A stretch of 64,000 bases of DNA from Infirmifilum sp. (GTDB lineage Archaea; Thermoproteota; Thermoprotei; Thermofilales; Thermofilaceae). The stretch's first letter is position 1; every line of letters begins with the position of its first letter. The translations under genes and the position numbers were made by a program. Shown here in pieces: positions 28,096 through 38,246 of the stretch. The notes beneath the pieces were generated by a model. It was not told the origin of the DNA. It searched no databases and saw only the letters and a list, made by a program, of their open reading frames with translations. The DNA lies in the NCBI GenBank assembly GCA_041287245.1, contig JBEULP010000117.1, positions 256,001 through 320,000 on the forward strand, written 5' to 3'.

Positions 28096-30003
28096 TTATT
28101 TCTTGAAGATGTTGGAGAGGAATCTAGCGATGCTGTCTAGGAAAAGGGCGATTCTAATGTAAAGATTTAGGATCCAATCCCGAAGTTCATCCCACAGGCT
28201 TTTGCTCGATGCAGGCTGTGGGCTTGGATTTGTCGAGGCAGTAGCGTTGGCTGGAGTTGACACGGGGCTAGACCCTTGTTGTAAGGCTAAAGAGGTGAAG
28301 TTTTGACCTTTGGCGAGGTCCACCACAAGGCTTCCTAGCTCTGTTGCTAGTTTGAGAAAAGTGAGCTTATCAGTATCAGTGCTGGAATATAGGCTCTGAT
28401 TGTAAAAGTACAGGCTGACGAGATTGTCTTGGTAGTTGGAGGCGATTTCCAACGCCCTCTTAGACGAGACGTCCACGTAAACAGGTGACCCGACTGCCTT
28501 CTCTTGGAAGTCAAGCATGGAGGCTTCTGCAAGCGCGATGCTTCTAGCAGCCGCTATTGCGGCAAGCAAATGATACCCGGAACTGTAAAGAGAGGCAGAG
28601 GCAGCGTAATAAGTATTGGAGAGATCTAGGGTTTGCGAGGAATAACCTGTCTGTGAAAGAACTGAATAAACGTATGGCCATGTGGATCGTGCTATCGAAA
28701 GATAGGTGCTAGCCTCTTTAGAAGCATCGATCGATCCACCTTGTGGGAGCCCCTCAAGCCAGAGTTGAGCCTCATCGAGTAATGCAGAGGCATATGCAAG
28801 GTTTTGAAGAGCTGTTTGCGGGTCAGTGTTCCAGGTAGAAGCTGAAGCATTGAAGAGCCGTGAAGCCCTTATAACAAGGTCTCCTGATATGACGAGATAG
28901 TTGAGTTCTAGGAAGTTTCTAGGATATATATTCTCAGTGAGCCTAGTGTAATTGGCTATCGCGTTTCGCAGGGCGCTAACCTGTGGATCAAGGCTCTTGC
29001 CCTGCGAATAGTCTATAAGAAGCCTAATCCATCTCGCTACGGCGATACCTGAGGTTAGAAGAGGTATTGTTCCAATATTTCTTGGGCTTTTCATAGCAGT
29101 GTCTATGTATGACGAGGCATAACTGTTAAGATAGTTGAGTAAAGCATTTTTTGTGAAGGAGGTCAGGGAGGATTGGTTAACATATGCTTTAGCCTGGGCG
29201 ACCTCACTAAGAGCCTCGCTCTCGAGGATGTCCCACACTCTTTGTATTTTCGCCCTAGCCTCAGTGCTCAGTGTAGGTTGAGCGAAGGTTTTAGGTGGAG
29301 TTTCATATTGGAAGAAGTAGTGGAGGGCATCTTGAATGGTTGAGATTTCGACGACGCGAAGGTTCCAGTTTTTCAAAGCATAGTCTGATAAGTTCAGAGT
29401 GACGGGTTGTGTGGAATACACTTGGAAGGGACCCACGCGGCGTACGACTACTTTATAAGTTGTTACGACGCTTTGCCCCGGAGGCACGAGAAATAGCTTT
29501 ACCCCACTGGACGACATGGCCTGTGCTTTCTCATATACCCCGCCCACAGGTCCCACTGTTCCGTCAGGTGAAATCATCCCCGTGACGGCAATAGTCCTGT
29601 TTATTGGTTTGCCAGTCAAAGCTGAATACACTGCTACTGCCATTGCTACTCCGGCACTCGGTCCTCCAATGATGACTGCGTCGCTCTTCACCTTGAAGTA
29701 AAAGTTATAGTTCTCAAACTTAACGCCTAAGATGTTACATATAACTCGCGTAGCAGTTGTAGCAGCCCCTTGGAAATCTTCCTGGGTTAGCGAGTAAGTC
29801 GATACGTAAACATCTCCCCACCCCCTAGTTACAAAAACGCTTATGTTTGTCGCTGACCCCACATAACCGGCATCTGTCTGGGACACGGCTGGAGCTAGGA
29901 TCCAAGCAGAGCCTACTATTTCCAGTTGGCTATCTGGCGCTGCTTGTAGAGACGGAGCAATGACAAGGAGAATTAAAATTCCTAACGCTAGTACCTTTCT
30001 CAT
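28096..30003 (-). CDS. Secreted Lon-type (S16-like) Ser-Lys dyad protease lacking AAA domain
   Basis: Signal peptide; GGPSAG, TGMISPDGTVGPVGGVYEK; long helical C-terminal region; ATG 30003 preferred. Confidence 0.85.
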   Translation of the reverse strand: MRKVLALGILILLVIAPSLQAAPDSQLEIVGSAWILAPAVSQTDAGYVGSATNISVFVTRGWGDVYVSTYSLTQEDFQGAATTATRVICNILGVKFENYNFYFKVKSDAVIIGGPSAGVAMAVAVYSALTGKPINRTIAVTGMISPDGTVGPVGGVYEKAQAMSSSGVKLFLVPPGQSVVTTYKVVVRRVGPFQVYSTQPVTLNLSDYALKNWNLRVVEISTIQDALHYFFQYETPPKTFAQPTLSTEARAKIQRVWDILESEALSEVAQAKAYVNQSSLTSFTKNALLNYLNSYASSYIDTAMKSPRNIGTIPLLTSGIAVARWIRLLIDYSQGKSLDPQVSALRNAIANYTRLTENIYPRNFLELNYLVISGDLVIRASRLFNASASTWNTDPQTALQNLAYASALLDEAQLWLEGLPQGGSIDASKEASTYLSIARSTWPYVYSVLSQTGYSSQTLDLSNTYYAASASLYSSGYHLLAAIAAARSIALAEASMLDFQEKAVGSPVYVDVSSKRALEIASNYQDNLVSLYFYNQSLYSSTDTDKLTFLKLATELGSLVVDLAKGQNFTSLALQQGSSPVSTPANATASTNPSPQPASSKSLWDELRDWILNLYIRIALFLDSIARFLSNIFKK

Positions 30004-30174
30004 ATGCTTATGGGCAAAAAGCAAATTTAAAAAAATTATGTATCTTCAGTCCTAACAATCTCCTGGGTCTTCGTTGTCTGCTAACGTCAAGGCCCGTCGA
30101 TTTTTACCTCTGCACATCCTTTTCCCTGGGAGACAAAACAGAAACTTTTAGAATATCTCTAAGACTTTTAATTA

Positions 30175-30235
30175 GAGGGATGAAGAGGGGACAAAGCGCG
30201 GCTGAAAGCTGACGAGACCGCTACAGGCCGACCTC
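30175..30235 (+). ncRNA. Box C/D guide sRNA (2'-O-methylation guide)
   Basis: GAGG/CCTC terminal stem; C box ATGAAGA 30180-30186; D' CTGA 30202-30205; C' TGACGA 30210-30215; D CCGA 30228-30231; 15- and 12-nt guides; intergenic. Confidence 0.75.
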
Positions 30236-30299
30236 GCTCAAAACACCTTTAATGTCCCCAAACAAAATTTTTAAATAATAAATAAAGGAACTTCAGCAT

Positions 30300-30632
30300 A
30301 TGGCTCAAACTTCTCTAGGGATAGACGAAAAGGTAGAAGGGGCTCTCTCATACCTCTTGTTTTTCGTATCTGGATTGATCATCTTTCTATTGGAGCAAAA
30401 AAGCACATTCGCTAGATTTCACGCGGCACAGTCAACTGTAACCTTTATCTCACTATTTATCCTCACACAGTTCTTCTCGATATTCTACTGGTGGCATTTC
30501 ATAGCATCACTGTTGATCCTACTCACACTAGTTCTCTGGATAGTTGGAATGGTGAAAGCATACCAGGGCGAATGGTATAAGTTCCCCCTGTTCGGGGACT
30601 TGGCCGCATCACTCCTAGGAATACGCATCTAA
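30300..30632 (+). CDS. DUF4870-like small membrane protein
   Basis: GALSY, FARFHAAQS, KAYQGEWYKFPLFG. Confidence 0.8.
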   Translation: MAQTSLGIDEKVEGALSYLLFFVSGLIIFLLEQKSTFARFHAAQSTVTFISLFILTQFFSIFYWWHFIASLLILLTLVLWIVGMVKAYQGEWYKFPLFGDLAASLLGIRI

Positions 30633-30785
30633 ATCTGTATTAGTATTCCAGACCCATTACACACCCGCTTGTTTCTAATAATCTTAATTCCCGCTAAGAA
30701 ACCAAAAGCTCAAGGTAAGGACTTTCAAGATTTTTTAATTAAACAAAAGCTATAAAGAAGCTTATTTAACAAAGAGAAATAATTT

Positions 30786-31865
30786 TTATGGTCTTGTCCT
30801 TTTTGCAGGAGCCCGGCAAGCGAACCTTGCCTGCAATATTAGCTCATTAAGTTCTTGGGCTGTCTGTATAACCTTTCCCTTGTCTCGGGTCTTTAAAGCC
30901 TCCGTTAAGGCATTAGCAGCGGATAAGAGTTGGTCTGCAAGTGTAGCGTTGCAGGGTCTTATAACGGTGGCTAGTTCCTGAGCAGTTTTAGCAAGATTGG
31001 CGACTCTCTCTGCTTTTGTTAGATACACAAGATACTCATGGTATTCAAACATTGCACTCCTAATCAGCCCTAAAGCCTCGGCATATTTTCCAGAGCTGAT
31101 GAGTTCCTGAATCTTGTTAAGCCATGTCTGAGACCAGTTTCTGAATTCCTCCGCGATTAGGGGGCTAGTTTTCTGAAGCTTCGCATACGTATTACTGAAT
31201 AAGGCCTGTAGGCGAGCGAGATCGCTTGAGACGTTTTTCTGGCGAAGTTCACGGGCAAGAGTAAATATGCTTCTCTCAGCTTCCTTGACTTTTTCCCATG
31301 CCTGATTGACAAGCTGAAGAGCAGTTGCAGTATCATTTGCCTTTAGTTTATCTGATGCCTGGTTTAGAAGGTTTTGCGCATCTGTAAGCAGGCTCGTTAT
31401 GTTAGAGACTTCGACGTTTTTCTGCTGGAATCTTAATGCCAGGTTTTGAATGGCTTTAATCTGGCTTTGAAGAGCCCTAATCTGAGCTTCGAGGCTGCGG
31501 CTAACAAGAGCTTTACGCGCTGAAATAACCTCAGGTACTAGTTTACGCGCTACATCCACGAGCTCTGTCCTTGCCTCCCGTAGGACTTTAAGGCTCTCGT
31601 TATAGTTGCCTGCGCTTGCAAGGTTAGACGCATCAGTGAGTAATGCTTTAGCAACGCTTAGTTGCTGTAAAAGTTCGTTCTGCTTAGTAGTGTTAGTCAC
31701 ACGGGACGTAATGAAGGCTTGAAGCCTATCGATCTCTTTGCTTAGAGCATTGATAAGGATCTGAATTTTCTCAGTTTGAGTAGACTGAGCTTGTATTATT
31801 GTAAACGGATAGAGCAGTAGGAGTGATAGCAGTAGTAGGGCAACTATGTTCTTCATTGTCATCAC
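30786..31865 (-). CDS. Secreted all-helical/coiled-coil hypothetical protein
   Basis: Signal peptide; repeated helical hairpin-like units (LLTDASNLASAGNY / LLTDAQNLLNQA / ELISSGKY). Confidence 0.7.
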   Translation of the reverse strand: MMTMKNIVALLLLSLLLLYPFTIIQAQSTQTEKIQILINALSKEIDRLQAFITSRVTNTTKQNELLQQLSVAKALLTDASNLASAGNYNESLKVLREARTELVDVARKLVPEVISARKALVSRSLEAQIRALQSQIKAIQNLALRFQQKNVEVSNITSLLTDAQNLLNQASDKLKANDTATALQLVNQAWEKVKEAERSIFTLARELRQKNVSSDLARLQALFSNTYAKLQKTSPLIAEEFRNWSQTWLNKIQELISSGKYAEALGLIRSAMFEYHEYLVYLTKAERVANLAKTAQELATVIRPCNATLADQLLSAANALTEALKTRDKGKVIQTAQELNELILQARFACRAPAKRTRP

Positions 31866-32129
31866 CGTTTTAGAAAACTCTCCGGGCGTTATTAAGGTTT
31901 GAAACGGTTTTCAGTGGAATTTTTGTTATTTACAAAAACAGAGATATTTTTAAGCTTTGTAAGTTTTGTGTGAAATAATGATAATGTTATAGGGTCTTCA
32001 CGAAAATCAACATAAGAAAAATTGAAAAACAAAGGTTACAAACTTTTGCCTCACTTCCAAGCTAAAGACATATTTTGCGAACAGAACACTAAGTTTACCT
32101 ATTAGACAAAATCTTCAACAAATGGTACT

Positions 32130-32609
32130 CTATATCTTTTCAATAACCTCCTTTATAAAGAGAGATTTCGCCAGCACGCTAAGTTTGTCCAGGCCTCTGT
32201 GTATTACAATCTTTCCACAATCAACTATCCTTAATACCTTTTCCTCAAACAACCTTGTATCGACGCTCGGGTCGAAGATGAGCTCATCGATACCTATAAG
32301 GAATATTGGCCCTGGAGCTTTCTCCAGATCCTCTCTTGAAATAACTAGCCTCTCCACATGTCTTATAAACACTGGTTTTCTCTTCAGGAGTTTTGAGGGC
32401 ATGATCTCAGCAATTAATCCAGGGGTATCCAACGGTAGGCCTGCAAGTTGCGGTCCAGCGTCTGCTAAGGCTATTATCAGCTTGAATGCCTGGGAAGCTA
32501 CAGCTCCAACACTAAGCCCCATTCTTCTTGCAAGATTGGAGATTCCGTCGTATGCTGAGGCGTCAACGCCTCTTATCATCACGTTTTTTACCTTTCCAGA
32601 CTCAGCCAT
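32130..32609 (-). CDS. Hypothetical protein with N-terminal RHH-like segment
   Basis: NVMIRGVDASAYDGISNLARRMGLSVG; overlaps upstream gene by 8 nt, GAGGTG SD. Confidence 0.6.
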   Translation of the reverse strand: MAESGKVKNVMIRGVDASAYDGISNLARRMGLSVGAVASQAFKLIIALADAGPQLAGLPLDTPGLIAEIMPSKLLKRKPVFIRHVERLVISREDLEKAPGPIFLIGIDELIFDPSVDTRLFEEKVLRIVDCGKIVIHRGLDKLSVLAKSLFIKEVIEKI

Positions 32610-34371
32610 TGGAGCTCACCTCCAAGGAACTAAGCCTTGTCTTTAGAGCTTTGATCCTATCTTCAAGTCCCGTAGCAGCATATTTCTCTACGTCATTTCT
32701 CTTGCGTAGTAGAGTAAAGTGGAAACCAGCTGCTACTAGTGCGAAGACGAGGGGCCAATAAGCTTGAACTCTGCTTGATGGGGTTTCCAGGGAAACATTC
32801 GAGACTTGGGGCTCGCTCCTCTTAAGTTTCACTAATGGGATAGCAATATAAACCACGTCGCTCATAAGGTCGGTTTTTAGTGAAATATTCCCGGTTGTTG
32901 AGACTACTTGCTGGGAGAATATAGTCTTGTTATACTGCAGAAAGCTTTCAGGATAAACTGGCGTGTCTAGAAGACGAGACATTTTCAAAAGGCTAGCATC
33001 GATAAGCTCAGCGGCCTGTCTGAGGCCTTTTGATAGTTCTTGGAGTTTTCCAGCTGCTTCGCGCAGCGTGCTCGACATTAGTCTCAGCTTGTTTGAAGCA
33101 AACCTAATGTTTTCTACACCAGCCGACAGCTGCGATTTAACAGATTTGTATTGATCTAGAAGGGTCTTAGCTTTGTCGAGTTCAGTCTGGAAGGAGTTTA
33201 ATTTGGATAGGGCATCTTTTACAATAGAGTATATATCAGAGGTTGAGACGTTAAGACGTGTTAGATTTAGAGTGTTTGAAAGGTTTTCAAGGCTCTTGTT
33301 AAGATTCGTAATGTTCCCCTGAAGCATAGAGAGAAGCTCCCTAGCTTTAACTATGACTTCAGAAGCGTTCTGGAGTGAACTCCTCAGTGAATCCTCAGCG
33401 TTGTTCATAAGTAAAACAGCCTGGGTTAGCTGTGCAGCAGCATTATCCATAGCTGATGCCGCGTCATCCGCTTGCCTAGCAGCGTTTTGAAGAATGTTTG
33501 CCTCTTCCTCGAAACCATCACTCAAGTTATACAGCAAGTCTCGAAGCTTCGTCACGTTCTCCTTGAAAGCCGTAATATTCCCTATGTTTTCCTGGAGGAG
33601 CTTCAACGTGAATGACCTGTACTTCTCGATTAGAGAAGCCTGAAGACGTGGATCCAAGCTTATAGTCACAGTCGGGGGAGGAACTAAAACCTCACCCCAG
33701 GGGTTCTCTCCTCTGACTTCGAATATTACGCTCAACGTGTAGGACCCGTTTATAAAGCCAGTCCACTGAAAAGAAACCTCAGTCCCGCTTTCGCGTAGGC
33801 TCTGAGGACTCATACTATAATCTATTGGATAGAGATACATGGGGTCCATACTCCAAGAAACCGAGATTGGAAGCTGCTGATTCCTGATGAGGTCATCAAA
33901 TGACTCTATGCGAATCGTGTAGTTTATTTCATGGGCCCTCAATGCTACAGCATAACAGTACCCCTTGGAGCAGTCAGGCTGAAGGGTTTTTCCATCCGCC
34001 TCTAAGATAACATCTACATGAAATAGATTTTTACCGTTTACACTATACTTCCAAGAGTCTCCGGTGTTGAGAATTACTCTGTTCCAAATAAGTCCCAGCC
34101 GCTCTCCATCAACAACAACCTTGGATGGCTGCGCATTTGCCACAACATTACCATTACACGCAAAAACCAGGTAGTCGGTGATGCTCCCGTTATAGGCAGA
34201 ATCGAATACAAGTGTCGTCGTTATCGTTGTATTTTCACCATAACCTGGTAAGACATCTTGTTCACGGAGGATTGTCTTCTTCACATTGACAACCCCGCTA
34301 GGCTCAGGGTAAACAGAGGGGACCAGTAGAAGGAATAATAAAAATGAGGCAATAGGAATTCTCACTCTCAT
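32602..34371 (-). CDS. Exported, C-terminally anchored protein with beta-rich N-domain and long coiled coil
   Basis: Signal peptide, ~230-aa heptad region rich in NxS/T, C-terminal TM and basic tail. Confidence 0.72.
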   Translation of the reverse strand: MRVRIPIASFLLFLLLVPSVYPEPSGVVNVKKTILREQDVLPGYGENTTITTTLVFDSAYNGSITDYLVFACNGNVVANAQPSKVVVDGERLGLIWNRVILNTGDSWKYSVNGKNLFHVDVILEADGKTLQPDCSKGYCYAVALRAHEINYTIRIESFDDLIRNQQLPISVSWSMDPMYLYPIDYSMSPQSLRESGTEVSFQWTGFINGSYTLSVIFEVRGENPWGEVLVPPPTVTISLDPRLQASLIEKYRSFTLKLLQENIGNITAFKENVTKLRDLLYNLSDGFEEEANILQNAARQADDAASAMDNAAAQLTQAVLLMNNAEDSLRSSLQNASEVIVKARELLSMLQGNITNLNKSLENLSNTLNLTRLNVSTSDIYSIVKDALSKLNSFQTELDKAKTLLDQYKSVKSQLSAGVENIRFASNKLRLMSSTLREAAGKLQELSKGLRQAAELIDASLLKMSRLLDTPVYPESFLQYNKTIFSQQVVSTTGNISLKTDLMSDVVYIAIPLVKLKRSEPQVSNVSLETPSSRVQAYWPLVFALVAAGFHFTLLRKRNDVEKYAATGLEDRIKALKTRLSSLEVSSNG

Positions 34372-34459
34372 AATATCACTGCAAGGGTAGTGTATATCAG
34401 ATATATAAATCTATCCTTATTTTTAATATTACTTTTCGACAATAAACGAATGAATTATC

Positions 34460-35350
34460 CTATGTATACTTCTCAAGCTTGCTTATACGGCGCTCCAGCG
34501 AACTGACTTCTGCCTCAAGCAGCGAATGATCAACCCTCTTTTCCTTGGCAGCTCTCTCCAATGCTTCTAGCTTTACTTTTAGCAACTCTATTTGCAGCTT
34601 TTTGATATCCTCAGCATTGCTCGATGTCTTAAGCTCCCTGACGATATCGATCAGTGTTCTTTTAGGCGGTTCCTCATATATCGCACCAGCCCTAATGTAG
34701 AAGATGCGCGTCGACAGCTCGGCTATTTCAGGATTGTGTGTTACTATGATTATGGTTTGCCCGAAAGCGTTGTTAAGCCATTTTACTAGTGAGAGTACCT
34801 TTGCCGCCGTGTCAACGTCCAGGCTACCTGTAGGCTCATCCATTAAAATAATATCAGGGTTGGGAGCCAACGCACGTGCAATAGCGACTCTCTGCTGTTG
34901 CCCGCCGCTAAGCTGGTTGGGGAACTTGTTCTCATGCCCCTTAAGCCCCACGATCTCGAGAATTCGTAACGCGATATTCGTCGCTTCCCTAACCGTGAAA
35001 ATACCTGTAAAGAGAAGGGGGAGCATCACGTTCTCAAGTGCTGTATAGTTACGTATCAAATTGAAAGATTGGAAGACAAAGCCTATTTTTCGTGCCCTGA
35101 CCTTTGTTAATTCCTCCTCGTTCATGTCGGTAATGTCAACTCCTCCAACGATTACTCGTCCACTTGTAGGCTTGTCCAGACCACCTGCTATCGAGAGAAG
35201 CGTGCTTTTCCCGCTTCCGGAGGGGCCCATTATAACGGCGAGTTCTCCCTCACTTATGGACAGGTTTATTCCCTTGAGTACCTCAATCTCCTCTGATGCT
35301 GTTTTATAGACTTTCCTTATCTCTTTAAGCTCCAAAGCGTATTCACTCAC
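34460..35350 (-). CDS. ABC ATPase, LolD/MacB family, with C-terminal helical extension
   Basis: [39 protein letters not shown]. Confidence 0.93.
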   Translation of the reverse strand: MSEYALELKEIRKVYKTASEEIEVLKGINLSISEGELAVIMGPSGSGKSTLLSIAGGLDKPTSGRVIVGGVDITDMNEEELTKVRARKIGFVFQSFNLIRNYTALENVMLPLLFTGIFTVREATNIALRILEIVGLKGHENKFPNQLSGGQQQRVAIARALAPNPDIILMDEPTGSLDVDTAAKVLSLVKWLNNAFGQTIIIVTHNPEIAELSTRIFYIRAGAIYEEPPKRTLIDIVRELKTSSNAEDIKKLQIELLKVKLEALERAAKEKRVDHSLLEAEVSSLERRISKLEKYT

Positions 35351-36503
35351 TTTTCAACACCTCAACAGGGCGAATCGAGGTAGCACGCCATACGGGGTAA
35401 ATAGACGAGACCGCACTGAGTAAAGTTGCCAAAACTACACCTAATGTCAACGTAAAAGGCTCCAGTATCAAAGGAGGATTAAGAAAACCGTAAGAAGCGA
35501 CGAGCTCGATGCCGAACTGGGCGCCCATTATCCCGAAGATAAGGCCTAAGACTCCCCCAGCTATTCCATAAACCAGTGCTTCCAGAATGAATATGAAAGC
35601 TACACTCCTCCTACTGGCTCCCTGTGTCCTCATAATAGCTATTTCGCGCTGGTGTTCCCGGACTGTAGAAGTTATCGTGCTAGTCGTCCCGAACACCGCT
35701 ACAGCAAGACCTACAAGAGTGGTCGAGAGAAGAAGACCCTCGATCAGAGACATAACTTTAAAGACTACTCCGATGACCTCTTCTCGTAACATAACCCTGG
35801 AGCCTGGATAAACTACGGAAATCAGATTCTTCACTGCCACGGGGTCAACACCATCCTCTACCTTGACAACCGCCATGCTGACATACCCAGGTCTTCCTAG
35901 AAGGTTTTGAGCTTCTCGAAGCGGGAGTATAATATACCCTCCAGCCGCTCCGATTTCCTCTATCTTCATAGTGACCTCGGCGATGCCTATTATTTCATAT
36001 CGTCTGAACGTTCCTCCGTAGGGGGGCTTTACGTCTACCTTGTCCCCGACTTTCAACCCTAATTTTTTCGCAAGACCGACGTCAGCTATCGCATAGGGTC
36101 CTGACAAGCTGTTAAACGCTGTACCATTTACGAACCCTGACACAACATTTTTAATATCCTCAGGTCTAACTCCAAGCACAAACACCGCATTTCTCCCGAT
36201 ATAGCCCGTTACAAGTATTGCAGGAGTGACGTCTTTTACACCTGGAAGCTTTCTTATCTCGTTTAGAACGTCCTCCGATACGTCGTATAAGCCTTGTCCA
36301 TACACAACAACCTCACCCGGGAGAACTTGTTCCACAATGTTCTGCGCAGCGATGTGGCTTCCAATGCTTAACATTCGCAAAGAAATAAAGGTTGCTACGC
36401 CGCTCGCAATCGCCAGTATCGTTAGTGTCGCAATGAGCTTCTTAAACAAGATATCCCTCTCTATGAATTTTAAAGCTACGAACAGTAAGCTGCTCTTAGA
36501 CAC
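35343..36503 (-). CDS. ABC permease, FtsX/MacB/LolE family
   Basis: TM-extracellular domain-3TM layout; [32 protein letters not shown]. Confidence 0.9.
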   Translation of the reverse strand: MSKSSLLFVALKFIERDILFKKLIATLTILAIASGVATFISLRMLSIGSHIAAQNIVEQVLPGEVVVYGQGLYDVSEDVLNEIRKLPGVKDVTPAILVTGYIGRNAVFVLGVRPEDIKNVVSGFVNGTAFNSLSGPYAIADVGLAKKLGLKVGDKVDVKPPYGGTFRRYEIIGIAEVTMKIEEIGAAGGYIILPLREAQNLLGRPGYVSMAVVKVEDGVDPVAVKNLISVVYPGSRVMLREEVIGVVFKVMSLIEGLLLSTTLVGLAVAVFGTTSTITSTVREHQREIAIMRTQGASRRSVAFIFILEALVYGIAGGVLGLIFGIMGAQFGIELVASYGFLNPPLILEPFTLTLGVVLATLLSAVSSIYPVWRATSIRPVEVLKSE

Positions 36504-36525
36504 AATCCCTTGCTTGAATAAAGCA

Positions 36526-37380
36526 TTATTTTAAGGTATTCACCGAACCCTTCTCTTTTCTTAATCTAGTGATCTCTTCTACCGCCTCCTCAAGGGTCAA
36601 CACGTTCAACGGGATTCCTTTTTCCTTTAAGGCTAGTGAAAGCTGAACAATCTGCGGCGGTTTAATCGCAGCTTTTCTGAGAACATCTATGGAGTAGAGA
36701 ACCTCGCGCGTAGGCCCGTCTATTATTTTCTGCCCCTCAGAGATGAGCACGGTGCGCTCAGCTACTGCGGCTACAAACCTCATATCATGCGTGATGACTG
36801 CTATGGTAAAGCCCTCTCTGTTAAGCTGTTTCACAAGCCTCGCCAGTACGTGTCGACCCGCATGATCCTGTCCAGTTGTAGGCTCATCGAGAATGAGAAC
36901 CTTAGGCTTTAAGGCTAAAACCGCCGCCACGGTCAGGAGCTTCATCTTACCATAGTCGAGGTCGTAAGGGTTATAGTCTTCATACCCCTCTAAACCTACA
37001 AGACTTAAAGCCCACCTCACGCGGTCTTTGACTTCCTCCTCAGACAATCCCAGGTTTCTGGGCCCATAAGCGACTTCCTGGAAAACCCTGCTCTCGAAGA
37101 TTTGATGACTAGGATTCTGGAAGACATAGCCGACTCTTTTCACTATCTCATGAGAGGGCGTAACCTTAGTATCTAACCCCTCTACAAGTACAGTCCCCTT
37201 TGTAGGCTTTAGGAGCCCATTTAGGTTTTTAGCAAGTGTTGACTTTCCTCCCCCGTTCTGCCCGATAATAGCGACTAGTTCCCGCTCGCTTAACGCGAAG
37301 TTTATTCCTCTGAGAGCCCAGCTGTCTGAGCCGGGATACATGAACCACAAGTCCCTAGTTTCGACCAAGACGGACATCAC
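36526..37380 (-). CDS. ECF transporter ATPase (A' component)
   Basis: GQNGGGKST, VFQNP, EVAYGP, DEPTTGQD. Confidence 0.9.
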   Translation of the reverse strand: MMSVLVETRDLWFMYPGSDSWALRGINFALSERELVAIIGQNGGGKSTLAKNLNGLLKPTKGTVLVEGLDTKVTPSHEIVKRVGYVFQNPSHQIFESRVFQEVAYGPRNLGLSEEEVKDRVRWALSLVGLEGYEDYNPYDLDYGKMKLLTVAAVLALKPKVLILDEPTTGQDHAGRHVLARLVKQLNREGFTIAVITHDMRFVAAVAERTVLISEGQKIIDGPTREVLYSIDVLRKAAIKPPQIVQLSLALKEKGIPLNVLTLEEAVEEITRLRKEKGSVNTLK

Positions 37381-38243
37381 TCAACACCCATCAGCTCTGA
37401 GAATACCTTTATCGCCTCCTCCAGAGTGATAGGGTATTCTGCGTCGTTCCCTAGCTCTTTCCTCAAAGCGTAGGCGAGCTCCGTTACGCTGGGAGGATCT
37501 ATTCCAATCTCTTTAAGCCTTTCAACCTGGCTTAGAACACTCTTTGTAGGACCGTAGGCTATTGGCTGGCCGTTATATAACACCAGGGCCTTGTCAGCGA
37601 AGTATGCTATCTCCTCGATCTCGTGCTCTGCTATAATTATCGTTGAGCCCTCGCGGGCGAGCTTCTCAATGACGGAGAGAACCTCGAACTTTCCTATAGG
37701 GTCTAGTTGGGCGGTAGGCTCGTCCATAACGATAACTTCAGGCTTTAGAGCCAGTACCGTAGCTATCGCTAGCCTCTGCATCTGGCCGCCTGAAAGCTCA
37801 AATGGGGACCTTTTCTCAAGTCCAGTCAGGCCAACGTATCTAATAGCCTCCTCTACTCTCCTACGTATCTCCTCCTTGGGTTTTCCCAGCATCATAAGAC
37901 CGAATGCTACTTCTTCCCAAACGGTTAAGGCTAAGCCAGACATCTGGTCCTCCGGGTCCTGGAAAACAAGACCTACCTTTGTCGCCAAACTAGATACTGT
38001 AGAATTTAGTACCTCCTCGCCTTTTATCAAAACCCTACCTCCATACCTGCCGCCGTAGAAATGAGGGACCAGTCCATTCAGGGATTTGCATAGGGTTGAC
38101 TTTCCAGAGCCGTTTGGGCCAATAATCGCTAAAACCTCTCCCTTGTTAACCTCGAAGCTGACGTCCTTTAAAACAAAGTCTTTGCTTGTGGGGTAAGCAT
38201 AGGTGAGGTGTTCTACAACGACTACTTTCTCACTTTCCCTCAT
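37377..38243 (-). CDS. ECF transporter ATPase (A component)
   Basis: GPNGSGKST, VFQDPEDQ, LSGGQMQR, DEPTAQLD. Confidence 0.9.
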   Translation of the reverse strand: MRESEKVVVVEHLTYAYPTSKDFVLKDVSFEVNKGEVLAIIGPNGSGKSTLCKSLNGLVPHFYGGRYGGRVLIKGEEVLNSTVSSLATKVGLVFQDPEDQMSGLALTVWEEVAFGLMMLGKPKEEIRRRVEEAIRYVGLTGLEKRSPFELSGGQMQRLAIATVLALKPEVIVMDEPTAQLDPIGKFEVLSVIEKLAREGSTIIIAEHEIEEIAYFADKALVLYNGQPIAYGPTKSVLSQVERLKEIGIDPPSVTELAYALRKELGNDAEYPITLEEAIKVFSELMGVE

Positions 38244-38246
38244 CGG

